From Eledone cirrhosa (taxonomy: Eukaryota): 64,000 nucleotides of DNA. How positions within the stretch are numbered: the first letter of the stretch is position 1; every line of letters starts with the position of its first letter. The DNA is taken from NCBI GenBank assembly GCA_964016885.1, contig OZ024744.1, forward strand, positions 47,430,001-47,494,000. The letters are read 5' to 3'. Position numbers and translations under genes: made by a program. Below the pieces are notes generated by a model, which was not told the DNA's origin, made no database searches, and saw only the letters and a program-made list of their open reading frames with translations. This document shows, piece after piece, positions 1 through 12,499 of this stretch.

Positions 1-3000
1 ACTTTACAGTGTGGGCTGGGTGCTTCTTGCTGAGTCTTTCACATGTCCACTTTACAGTGTGGGCTGGGTGCGTTTTGCTGTGTCTTTCACATGTCCACTT
101 TACACTGTGGGCTGGGTGCTTTTTGCTGTGTCTTTCACATATCCACTTTACAATGTGGGCTGGGTGCTTTTTGCTGAGTCTTTCACACGTGCACTTTACA
201 GTGTGGGCTGTGTGCTTTTTGCAGTGTCTTTCAAACGTCAACTTTACAGTGTGGGCTGGGTGCTTTTTGCTGTGTCTTTCACATGTCCACTTTACAATGT
301 GGGCTGGGTGCTTTTTGCTGTGTCTTTCACATGTCCACTTTACAGTGTGGGCTGGGTGCTTCTTGCAGTGTCTTTCACATGTCCACTTTACAGTGTGAGC
401 TGGGTGCTTTTTGCTGTATCTTTCACATGTCCACTTTACAGTGTGGGCTGGGTGCTTTTTGCTGTGTCTTTCACATGTCCACTTAATAGTGTGGGCTGGG
501 TGCTTTTTGCAGTGTCTTTCACACGTCCACTTTACAGTTTGGGCTGGGTGCTTTTTGCTGTGTCTTTCACATGTCCACTTTACAGTGTGGGCTGGGTGCT
601 TTTTACTGTGTCTTTCACATGTCCACTTTACAATGTGGGCTGGGTGCTTTTTGCTGTGTCTTTCACATGTCCACTTTACAGTGTGGGCTGGGTGCTACTT
701 GCAGTGTCTTTCACATGTCCACTTTACAGTGTGGGCTGGGTGCTTTTTGCTGTTTCTTTCACCTGTCCACTTTACAGTGTGGGCTGGGTGCTTTTTGCTA
801 AGTCTTTCACATGTCCACTTTACAGTGTGGGCTGGGTGCTTTTTGCAGTGTCTTTCACACGTCCACTTTACAGTGTGGGCTGTGTGCTTTTTGCTGTGTC
901 TTTCACACGTCCACTTTATAGTGTGGGCTGGGTGCTTTTTGCTGTGTCTTTCACATGTCCACTTTACAGTGTGGGCTGGGTGCTTTTTGCTGTGTCTTTC
1001 ACATGTCCACTTTACAGTGTGGGCTGGGTGATTTTTGCTGTGTCTTTCACATGTACACTTTACAGTGTGGGCTGGGTGCTTTTTGCAGTGTCTTTCACAC
1101 GTCCACTTTACAGTGTGAGCTGGGTGCTTTTTTCAGTGTCTTTCACATGTCCACTTTACAGTGTGGGCTGGGTGCTTTTTGCTGTGTCTTTCACATATCC
1201 ACTTTACAGTGTGGGCTGGGTGCTTTTTGCTGACTCTTTCACACGTCCACTTTACAGTGTGGGCTGGGTGCTTTTTGCTGTGTCTTTCACGCGTCCACTT
1301 TACAGTGTGGGCTGGGTGCTTTTTGCTGTGTCTTTCACATGTCCACTTTACAATGTGGGCTGGGTGCTTTTTGCTGTGTCTTTCACATCTCCACTTTACA
1401 GTGTGGGCTGGGTGCTTCTTGCAGTGGCTTTCACACGTCCACTTTACAGTTTGGGCTGGGTGCTTTTTGCTGTGTCTTTCACATGTCCACTTTACAGTGT
1501 GGGCTGTGTGCTTTTTGCTGTGTCTTTCACATGTCCACTTTATAGTGTGGGCTGGGTGCTTTTTGCAGTGTCTTTCACACGTCCACTCTACAGTGTGGGC
1601 TGGGTGCGTTTTGCTGTGTCTTTCACGTGTCCACTTTACAATGTGGGCTGGGTACTTTTTGCTGTGTCTTTCACATGTCCACTTTACAGTGTGGGCTGGG
1701 TGATTTTTTGCTGTGTCTTTCACATGTCCACTTTACAGTGTGGGCTGGGTGCTTTTTGCTGTGTCTTTCACATGTCCACTTTACAATGTGAGCTGGGTGC
1801 TTTTTGCTGTGTCTTTCACATGTCCACTTTACAGTGTGGGCTGGGTGCTTGTTGCTGTGTCTTTCTCACGTCCACTTTACAGTGTGGGCTGGGTGCTTTT
1901 TGCTGTGTCTTTCACATGTCCACTTTACAGTGTGGGATGGGTGCTTTTTTCAGTGTCTTTCACATGTCCACTTTACAGTGTGGGCTGGGCGCTTTTTGCA
2001 GTGTCTTTCAAACGTCAACTTTACAGTGTGGGCTGGGTGCTTTTTTCAGTGTCTTTCACACGTCCACTTTACAGTGTGGGCTGGGTGCATGTTGCTGTGT
2101 TTTTCTCACGTCCACTTTACAGTGTGGGCTGGGTGCTTTTTGCTGTGTCTTTCACATGTCCACTTTACAATGTGGGCTTGGTGCTTTTTTCAGTGTCTTT
2201 CACATGTCCACTTTACAGTGTGGGCTGGGTGCTTTTTGCTGTGTCTTTCACATGTCCACTTTACAATGTGGGCTGGGTGCTTTTTGCTGTGTCTTTCACA
2301 TGTCCACTTTACAATGTGGGCTGGGTGCTTTTTGCTGTGTCTTTCACATGTCCACTTTACAGTGTGGGCTGGGTGCTTTTTGCTGTGTCTTTCACATGTC
2401 CACTTCACAGTGTGGGCTGGGTGCTTTTTGCTGTGTCTTTCACATGTCCACTTTACAGTGTGGGCTGGGTGCTTTTTGCTGTGTCTTTCACATGTCCACT
2501 TTACAGTGTGGGCTGTGTGCTTTTTGCTGTGTCTTTCACATGTCCACTTTACAGTGTGGGCTGGGTGCTTTTTGCTGTGTCTTTCACATGTCCACTTTAC
2601 AATGTGGGCTGGGTGCTTTTTGCTGTGTCTTTCACATGTCCACTTTACAATGTGGGCTGGGTGCTTTTTGCTGTGTCTTTCACATGTCCACTTTACAGTG
2701 TGGGCTGGGTGCTTTTTGCTGTGTCTTTCACATGTCCACTTCACAGTGTGGGCTGGGTACTTTTTGCTGTGTCTTTCACACGTCCACTTTACAGTTTGTG
2801 CTGGGTGCTTTTTGCTGTGTCTTTCACATGTCCACTTTACAGTGTGGGCTGTGTGCTTTTTGCTGTGTCTTTCACATGTCCACTTTACAGTGTGGGCTGG
2901 GTGCTTGTTGCTGTGTCTTTCTCACGTCCACTTTACAGTGTGGGCTGGGTGCTTTTTGCTGTGTCTTTCACATGTCCACTTTACAATGTGGGCTGGGTGC

Positions 3001-3269
3001 TTTTTGCTGTGTCTTTCACATGTCCACTCTATAGTGTGGGCTGGGTGCTTTTTGCAGTGTCTTTCACACGTCCACTTTACAGTGTGGGCTGGGTGCTTTT
3101 TGCTGTGTCTTTCACATGTCCACTTTACAATGTGGGCTGGGTGCTTTTTGCTGTGTCTTTCACATATCCACTTTACAGTGTGGGGTGTGTGCTTCTTGCA
3201 GTGTCTTTCACACGTCCACTTTACAGTGTGGGCTGGGTGCTTTTTGCTGTGTCTTTCACGTGTCCACTT

Positions 3270-6200
3270 TACAGTGTGGGCTGGGTGCTTTTTGCTGTGT
3301 CTTTCACATATCCACTTTACAGTGTGGGCTGGGTGCTTTTTGCTGAGTCTTTCACACGTCCACTTTACAGTGTGGGCAGGGTGCTTTTTGCTGTGTCTTT
3401 CACACGTCCACTTTACAGTGTGGGCTGGGTGCTTTTTGCTGTGTCTTTCACATGTCCACTTTACAATGTGGGCTGGGTGCTTTTTGCTGTGTCTTTCACA
3501 TGTCCACTTTACAGTGTGGGCTGGATGCTTCTTGCAGTGTCTTTCACACGTCCACTTTACAGTGTGGGCTGGGTGCTTTTTGCTGTGTCTTTCATATGTC
3601 CACTTTACAGTGTGGGCTGGGTGCTTTTTGCTGTGTCTTTCACATGTCCACTTTATAGTGTGGGCTGGGTGTTTTTTGCAGTGTCTTTCACACGTCCACT
3701 TTACAGTGTGGGCTGGGTGCTTTTTGCTGTGTCTTTCACATGTTCACTTTACAATGTGGGCTGGGTGCTTTTTGCTGTGTCTTTCACATGTCCACTTTAC
3801 AATGTGGGCTGTGTGCTTCTTGCAGTGTCTTTCACACGTCCACTTTACAGTGTGGGCTGGGTGCTTTTTGCTGTGTCTTTCACATGTCCACTTTACAGTG
3901 TGTGCTGGGAGCTTTTTGCTGTGTCTTTCACATGTCCACTTTACAGTGTGGGCTGGGTGCTTTTTGCTGTGTCTTTCACATGTCCATTTTACAATGTGAG
4001 CTGGGTGCTTTTTGCTGTGTCTTTCACATGTCCACTTTACAGTGTGGGCTGGGTGCTTGTTGCTGTGTCTTTCTCACGTCCACTTTACAGTGTGGGCTGG
4101 GTGCTTTTTGCTGTGTCTTTCACATGTCCACTTTACAGTGTGGGCTGGGTGCTTTTTTCAGTGTCTTTCACATGTCCACTTTACAGTGTGGGCTGGGCGG
4201 TTTTTGCAGTGTCTTTCAAACGTCAACTTTACAGTGTGGGCTGGGTGCTTTTTACTGTGTCTTTCACATGTCCACTTTACAGTGTGGGCTGTGTGCTTGT
4301 GGCTGTGTCTTTCTCACGTCCACTTTACAGTGTGGGCTGGGTGCTTTTTGCTGTGTCTTTCACATGTCCACTTTACAGTGTGGGCTGGGTGCTTTTTTCA
4401 GTGTCTTTCACACGTCCACTTTACAGTGTGGGCTGGGTGCTTTTTGTTGTGTATTTCTCACGTCCACTTTACAGTGTGGGCTGGGTGCTTTTTGCTGTGT
4501 CTTTCACATGTCCACTTTACAGTGTGGGCTGGGTGCTTTTTTCAGTGTCTTTCACCCGTCCACTTTACAGTGTGGGCTGGGTGCTTGTTGCTGTGTCTTT
4601 CTCACGTCCACTTTACAGTGTGGGCTGGGTGCTTTTTGCTGTGTCTTTCACATGTCCACTTTACAGTGTGGGCTGGGTGCTTTTTTCAGTGTCTTTCACA
4701 TGTCCACTTTTCAGTGTGGGCTGGGTGCTTTTTGATGTGTCTTTCACATGTCCACTTAATAGTGTGGGCTGGGTGCTTTTTGCTGTGTCTTTCACATGTC
4801 CACTTTACAATGTGGGCTGGGTGCTTTTTGCTGTGTCTTTCACATGTCCACTTTACAGTGTGGGCTGGGTGCTTTTTGCTGTGTCTTTCACATGTCCACT
4901 TTACAGTGTGGGCTGGGTGCTTTTTGCTGTGTCTTTCACATGTCCACTTTACAGTGTGGGCTGGGTGCTTTTTGCTGTGTCTTTCACATGTCCACTTTAC
5001 AGTGTGGGCTGGGTGCTTTTTGCTGTGTCTTTCACATGTCCACTTTACAGTGTGGGCTGGGTGCTTTTTGCTGTGTCTTTCACATGTCCACTTTACAATG
5101 TGGGCTGGGTGCTTTTTGCTGTGTCTTTCACATGTCCACTTTACAATGTGGGCTGGGTGCTTTTTGCTGTGTCTTTCACATGTCCACTTTACAGTGTGGG
5201 CTGGGTGCTTTTTGCTGTGTCTTTCACATGTCCACTTTACAGTGTGGGCTGGGTGCTTTTTGCTGTGTCTTTCACATGTCCACTTTACAGTGTGGGCTGG
5301 GTGCTTTTTGCAATGTCTTTCACACGTCCACTTTTCAGTATGGGCTGGGTGCTTTTTGCTGTGTCTTTCACATGTCCACTTTACAGTGTGGGCTGTGTGC
5401 TTTTTGCAGTGTCTTTCACACGTCAACTTTACAGTGTGGGCTGGGTGCTTTTTGCTGTGTCTTTCACATGTCCACTTTACAGTGTGGGCTGTGTGCTTTT
5501 TGCAGTGTCTTTCACACGTCAACTATACAGTGTGGGCTGGGTGCTTTTTGCAGTGTCTTTCACACGTCCACTTTACAGTGTGGGCTGGGTGCTTTTTGCT
5601 GTGTCTTTCACATGTCCACTTTACAATGTGGGCTGGGTGCTTTTTGCTGTGTCTTTCACATATCCACTTTACAGTGTGGGGTGTGTGCTTCTTGCAGTGT
5701 CTTTCACACGTCCACTTTACAGTGTGGGCTGGGTGCTTTTTGCTGTGTCTTTCACATGTCCACTTTACAGTGTGGGCTGGGTGCTTTTTGCTGTGTCTTT
5801 CACATGTCCACTTTACAGTGTGGGCTGGGTGCTTTTTGCTGAGTCTTTCACACGTCCACTTTACAGTGTGGGCTGGGTGCTTTTTGCTGTGTCTTTCACA
5901 CGTCCACTTTACAGTGTGGACTGGGTGCTTTTTGCTGTGTCTTTCACATGTCCACTTTACAATGTGGGCTGGGTGCTTTTTGCTGTGTCTTTCACATGTC
6001 CACTTTACAGTGTGGGCTGGATGCTTCTTGCAGTGTCTTTCACACGTCCACTTTACAGTGTGGGCTGGGTGCTTTTTTCAGTGTCTTTCACATGTCCACT
6101 TTTCAGTGTGGGCTGGGTGCTTTTTGATGTGTCTTTCACATGTCCACTTAATAGTGTGGGCTGGGTGCTTTTTGCTGTGTCTTTCACATGTCCACTTTAC

Positions 6201-9200
6201 AATGTGGGCTGGGTGCTTTTTGCTGTGTCTTTCACATGTCCACTTTACAGTGTGGGCTGGGTGCTTTTTGCTGTGTCTTTCATATGTCCACTTTACAGTG
6301 TGGGCTGGGTGCTTTTTGCTGTGTCTTTCACATGTCCACTTTATAGTGTGGGCTGGGTGTTTTTTGCAGTGTCTTTCACACGTCCACTTTACAGTGTGGG
6401 CTGGGTGCTTTTTGCTGTGTCTTTCACATGTCCACTTTACAATGTGGGCTGGGTGCTTTTTGCTGTGTCTTTCACATGTCCACTTTACAATGTGGGCTGT
6501 GTGCTTCTTGCAGTGTCTTTCACACGTCCACTTTACAGTGTGGGCTGGGTGCTTTTTGCTGTGTCTTTCACATGTCCACTTTACAGTGTGTGCTGGGTGC
6601 TTTTTGCTGTGTCTTTCACATGTCCACTTTACAGTGTGGGCTGGGTGCTTTTTGCTGTGTCTTTCACATGTCCACTTCACAGTGTGGGCTGGGTGCTTTT
6701 TGCTGTGTCTTTCACATGTCCACTTTACAGTGTGGGCTGGGTGCTTTTTGCTGTGTCTTTCACATGTCCACTTTACAGTGTGGGCTGGGCGCTTTTTGCA
6801 GTGTCTTTCAAACGTTAACTTTACAGTGTGGGCTGGGTGCTTTTTACTGTGTCTTTCACATGTCCACTTTACAGTGTGGGCTGTGTGCTTGTTGCTGTGT
6901 CTTTCTCACGTCCACTTTACAGTGTGGGCTGGGTGCTTTTTGCTGTGTCTTTCACATGTCCACTTTACAGTGTGGGCTGGGTGCTTTTTTCAGTGTCTTT
7001 CACACGTCCCCTTTACAGTGTGGGCTGGGTGCTTTTTGTTGTGTATTTCTCACGTCCACTTTACAGTGTGGGCTGGGTGCTTTTTGCTGTGTCTTTCACA
7101 TGTCCACTTTACAGTGTGGGCTGCGTGCTTTTTTCAGTGTCTTTCACATGTCCACTTTTCAGTGTGGGCTGGGTGCTTTTTGCTGTGTCTTTCACATGTC
7201 CACTTAATAGTGTGGGCTGGGTGCTTTTTGCTGTGTCTTTCACATGTCCACTTCACAGTGTGGGCTGGGTGCTTTTTGCTGTGTCTTTCTCACGTCCACT
7301 TTACAGTGTGGGCTGGGTGCTTTTTGCTGTGTCTTTCACATATCCACTTTACAGTGTGGGCTGGGTGCTTTTTGCTGAGTCTTTCACACGTCCACTTTAC
7401 AGTGTGGGCAGGGTGCTTTTTGCTGTGTCTTTCACACGTCCACTTTACAGTGTGGGCTGGGTGCTTTTTGCTGTGTCTTTCACATGTCCACTTTACAATG
7501 TGGGCTGGGTGCTTTTTGCTGTGTCTTTCACATGTCCACTTTACAGTGTGGGCTGGATGCTTCTTGCAGTGTCTTTCACACGTCCACTTTACAGTGTGGG
7601 CTGGGTGCTTTTTGCTGTGTCTTTCATATGTCCACTTTACAGTGTGGGCTGGGTGCTTTTTGCTGTGTCTTTCACATGTCCACTTTATAGTGTGGGCTGG
7701 GTGTTTTTTGCAGTGTCTTTCACACGTCCACTTTACAGTGTGGGCTGGGTGCTTTTTGCTGTGTCTTTCACATGTCCACTTTACAATGTGGGCTGGGTGC
7801 TTTTTGCTGTGTCTTTCACATGTCCACTTTACAATGTGGGCTGTGTGCTTCTTGCAGTGTCTTTCACACGTCCACTTTACAGTGTGGGCTGGGTGCTTTT
7901 TGCTGTGTCTTTCACATGTCCACTTTACAGTGTGTGCTGGATGCTTTTTGCTGTGTCTTTCACATGTCCACTTTACAGTGTGGGCTGGGTGCTTTTTGCT
8001 GTGTCTTTCACATGTCCATTTTACAATGTGAGCTGGGTGCTTTTTGCTGTGTCTTTCACATGTCCACTTTACAGTGTGGGCTGGGTGCTTGTTGCTGTGT
8101 CTTTCTCACGTCCACTTTACAGTGTGGGCTGGGTGCTTTTTGCTGTGTCTTTCACATGTCCACTTTACAGTGTGGGCTGGGTGCTTTTTTCAGTGTCTTT
8201 CACATGTCCACTTTACAGTGTGGGCTGGGCGGTTTTTGCAGTGTCTTTCAAACGTCAACTTTACAGTGTGGGCTGGGTGCTTTTTACTGTGTCTTTCACA
8301 TGTCCACTTTACAGTGTGGGCTGTGTGCTTGTGGCTGTGTCTTTCTCACGTCCACTTTACAGTGTGGGCTGGGTGCTTTTTGCTGTGTCTTTCACATGTC
8401 CACTTTACAGTGTGGGCTGGGTGCTTTTTTCAGTGTCTTTCACACGTCCACTTTACAGTGTGGGCTGGGTGCTTTTTGTTGTGTATTTCTCACGTCCACT
8501 TTACAGTGTGGGCTGGGTGCTTTTTGCTGTGTCTTTCACATGTCCACTTTACAGTGTGGGCTGGGTGCTTTTTTCAGTGTCTTTCACCCGTCCACTTTAC
8601 AGTGTGGGCTGGGTGCTTGTTGCTGTGTCTTTCTCACGTCCACTTTACAGTGTGGGCTGGGTGCTTTTTGCTGTGTCTTTCACATGTCCACTTTACAGTG
8701 TGGGCTGGGTGCTTTTTTCAGTGTCTTTCACATGTCCACTTTTCAGTGTGGGCTGGGTGCTTTTTGATGTGTCTTTCACATGTCCACTTAATATTGTGGG
8801 CTGGGTGCTTTTTGCTGTGTCTTTCACATGTCCACTTTACAATGTGGGCTGGGTGCTTTTTGCTGTGTCTTTCACATGTCCACTTTACAGTGTGGGCTGG
8901 GTGCTTTTTGCTGTGTCTTTCACATGTCCACTTTACAGTGTGGGCTGGGTGCTTTTTGCTGTGTCTTTCACATGTCCACTTTACAGTGTGGGCTGGGTGC
9001 TTTTTGCTGTGTCTTTCACATGTCCACTTTACAGTGTGCGCTGGGTGCTTTTTGCTGTGTCTTTCACATGTCCACTTTACAATGTGGGCTGGGTGCTTTT
9101 TGCTGTGTCTTTCACATGTCCACTTTACAATGTGGGCTGGGTGCTTTTTGCTGTGTCTTTCACATGTCCACTTTACAGTGTGGGCTGGGTGCTTTTTGCT

Positions 9201-11140
9201 GTGTCTTTCACATGTCCACTTTACAGTGTGGGCTGGGTGCTTTTTGCTGTGTCTTTCACATGTCCACTTTACAGTGTGGGCTGGGTGCTTTTTGCAATGT
9301 CTTTCACACGTCCACTTTTCAGTATGGGCTGGGTGCTTTTTGCTGTGTCTTTCACATGTCCACTTTACAGTGTGGGCTGTGTGCTTTTTGCAGTGTCTTT
9401 CACACGTCAACTTTACAGTGTGGGCTGGGTGCTTTTTGCTGTGTCTTTCACATGTCCACTTTACAGTGTGGGCTGTGTGCTTTTTGCAGTGTCTTTCACA
9501 CGTCAACTATACAGTGTGGGCTGGGTGCTTTTTGCAGTGTCTTTCACTCGTCCACTTTACAGTGTGGGCTGGGTGCTTTTTGCTGTGTCTTTCACATGTC
9601 CACTTTACAGTGTGGGCTGGGTGCTTTTTGCTGTGTCTTTCACATGTCCACTTTACAGTGTGGGCTGGGTGCTTTTTGCTGAGTCTTTCACACGTCCACT
9701 TTACAGTGTGGGCTGGGTGCTTTTTGCTGTGTCTTTCACACGTCCACTTTACAGTGTGGGCTGGGTGCTTTTTGCTGTGTCTTTCACATGTCCACTTTAC
9801 AATGTGGGCTGGGTGCTTTTTGCTGTGTCTTTCACATGTCCACTTTACAGTGTGGGCTGGATGCTTCTTGCAGTGTCTTTCACACGTCCACTTTACAGTG
9901 TGGGCTGGGTGCTTTTTTCAGTGTCTTTCACATGTCCACTTTTCAGTGTGGGCTGGGTGCTTTTTGATGTGTCTTTCACATGTCCACTTAATAGTGTGGG
10001 CTGGGTGCTTTTTGCTGTGTCTTTCACATGTCCACTTTACAATGTGGGCTGGGTGCTTTTTGCTGTGTCTTTCACATGTCCACTTTACAGTGTGGGCTGG
10101 GTGCTTTTTGCTGTGTCTTTCATATGTCCACTTTACAGTGTGGGCTGGGTGCTTTTTGCTGTGTCTTTCACATGTCCACTTTATAGTGTGGGCTGGGTGT
10201 TTTTTGCAGTGTCTTTCACACGTCCACTTTACAGTGTGGGCTGGGTGCTTTTTGCTGTGTCTTTCACATGTCCACTTTACAATGTGGGCTGGGTGCTTTT
10301 TGCTGTGTCTTTCACATGTCCACTTTACAATGTGGGCTGTGTGCTTCTTGCAGTGTCTTTCACACGTCCACTTTACAGTGTGGGCTGGGTGCTTTTTGCT
10401 GTGTCTTTCACATGTCCACTTTACAGTGTGTGCTGGGTGCTTTTTGCTGTGTCTTTCACATGTCCACTTTACAGTGTGGGCTGGGTGCTTTTTGCTGTGT
10501 CTTTCACATGTCCACTTCACAGTGTGGGCTGGGTGCTTTTTGCTGTGTCTTTCACATGTCCACTTTACAGTGTGGGCTGGGTGCTTTTTGCTGTGTCTTT
10601 CACATGTCCACTTTACAGTGTGGGCTGGGCGCTTTTTGCAGTGTCTTTCAAACGTCAACTTTACAGTGTGGGCTGGATGCTTTTTACTGTGTCTTTCACA
10701 TGTCCACTTTACAGTGTGGGCTGTGTGCTTGTTGCTGTGTCTTTCTCACGTCCACTTTACAGTGTGGGCTGGGTGCTTTTTGCTGTGTCTTTCACATGTC
10801 CACTTTACAGTGTGGGCTGGGTGCTTTTTTCAGTGTCTTTCACACGTCCACTTTACAGTGTGGGCTGGGTGCTTTTTGTTGTGTATTTCTCACGTCCACT
10901 TTACAGTGTGGGCTGGGTGCTTTTTGCTGTGTCTTTCACATGTCCACTTTACAGTGTGGGCTGCGTGCTTTTTTCAGTGTCTTTCACATGTCCACTTTTC
11001 AGTGTGGGCTGGGTGCTTTTTGCTGTGTCTTTCACATGTCCACTTAATAGTGTGTGGGCTGGGTGCTTTTTGCTGTGTCTTTCACATGTCCACTTCACAG
11101 TGTGGGCTGGGTGCTTTTTGCTGTGTCTTTCTCACGTCCA
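3270..11140. repeat. Tandem block duplication of about 84 monomers (copy 1 ~3270-7300, copy 2 ~7300-11140)
   Basis: The same order of variant monomers appears twice. Matching ORF pairs are 3452/7484, 3740/7772 and 4012/8044 (offset 4032 = 84x48). The offset falls to 3984 (5522/9506) and then 3840 (6428/10268), so the copies differ by 1 and then 3 more monomers. Boundaries are approximate. Confidence 0.9.
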
Positions 11141-12499
11141 CTTTACAGTGTGGGCTGGGTGCTTTTTGCTGTGTCTTTCACATGTCCACTTTACAGTGTG
11201 GGCTGGGTGCTTTTTTCAGTGTCTTTCACACGTCCACTTTACAGTGTGGGCTGGGTGCTTTTTGTTGTGTATTTCTCACGTCCACTTTACAGTGTGGGCT
11301 GGGTGCTTTTTACTGTGTCTTTCACATGTCCACTTTACAGTGTGGGCTGGCTGCTTTTTTCAGTGTCTTTCACACGTCCACTTTACAGTGTGGGCTGGGT
11401 GCTTGTTGCTGTGTCTTTCTCACGTCCACTTTACAGTGTGGGCTGGGTGCTTTTTGCTGTGTCTTTCACATGTCCACTTTACAGTGTGGGCTGCGTGCTT
11501 TTTTCAGTGTCTTTCACATGTCCACTTTTCAGTGTGGGCTGGGTGCTTTTTGCTGTGTCTTTCACATGTCCACTTTACAGTGTGGGCTGGGTGCTTTTTG
11601 CTGTGTCTTTCACATGTCCACTTCACAGTGTGGGCTGGGTGCTTTTGCTGTGTCTTTCACATGTCCACTTTACAGTGTGGGCTGGGTGCTTTTTGCTGTG
11701 TCTTTCACATGTCCACTTTACAGTGTGGGCTGGGTGCTTTTTGCTGTGTCTTTCACATGTCCACTTTACAGTGTGGGCTGGGTGCTTTTTGCTGTGTCTT
11801 TCACATGTCCACTTTACAATGTGGGCTGGGTGCTTTTTGCTGTGTCTTTCACATGTCCACTTTACAATGTGGGCTGGGTGCTTTTTGCTGTGTCTTTCAC
11901 ATGTCCACTTTACAGTGTGGGCTGGGTGCTTTTTGCTGTGTCTTTCACATGTCCACTTTACAGTGTGGGCTTGGTGCTTTTTGCTGTGTCTTTCACATGT
12001 CCACTTTACAGTGTGGGCTGGGTGCTTTTTGCAATGTCTTTCACACGTCCACTTTACAGTGTGGGCTGGGTGCTTTTTGCTGTGTCTTTCACACGTCCAC
12101 TTTACAGTGTGGGCTGGCTGCTTTTTGCTGTGTCTTTCACACGTCCACTTTACAGTGTGGGGTGGGTGCTTTTTGCTCTGTCTTTCACATATCCACTTTA
12201 CAATGTGGATTGGGTGCTTTTTGCAGTGTCTTTCACACGTCCACGTTACAATGTGGGCTGGGTGCTTTTTGCTGTGTCTTTCACATGTCCACTTTACAGT
12301 GTGGGCTGGGTGCTTTTTACAGTGTCTTTCACATGTCCACTTTACAGTGTGGGCTGTGTTCTTTTTGCTGTGTCTTTCACATGTCCACTTTACAGTGTGG
12401 GCTGGGTGCTTTTTGCTGTGTCTTTCACACGTCCACTTTACAGTGTGGGCTGGGTGCTTTTTGCAGTGTCTTTCACACGTCCACTTTACAGTGTGGGCT

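Noticed and set aside
48-59. Hairpin CACT-TTAC-AGTG at monomer junctions as a structural RNA or terminator
   Set aside because: The stem is only 4 bp, is often broken by the common CAA variant, and shows no compensatory changes.
2406-2412. Perfect + strand heptamer CACAGTG variants (2406, 2742, 6678, 7254, 10518, 11096, 11624, 24093, 32634, 34840) as forward RSSs
   Set aside because: The downstream sequence has a T-tract, not an A-rich nonamer, so there is no forward 12- or 23-RSS.
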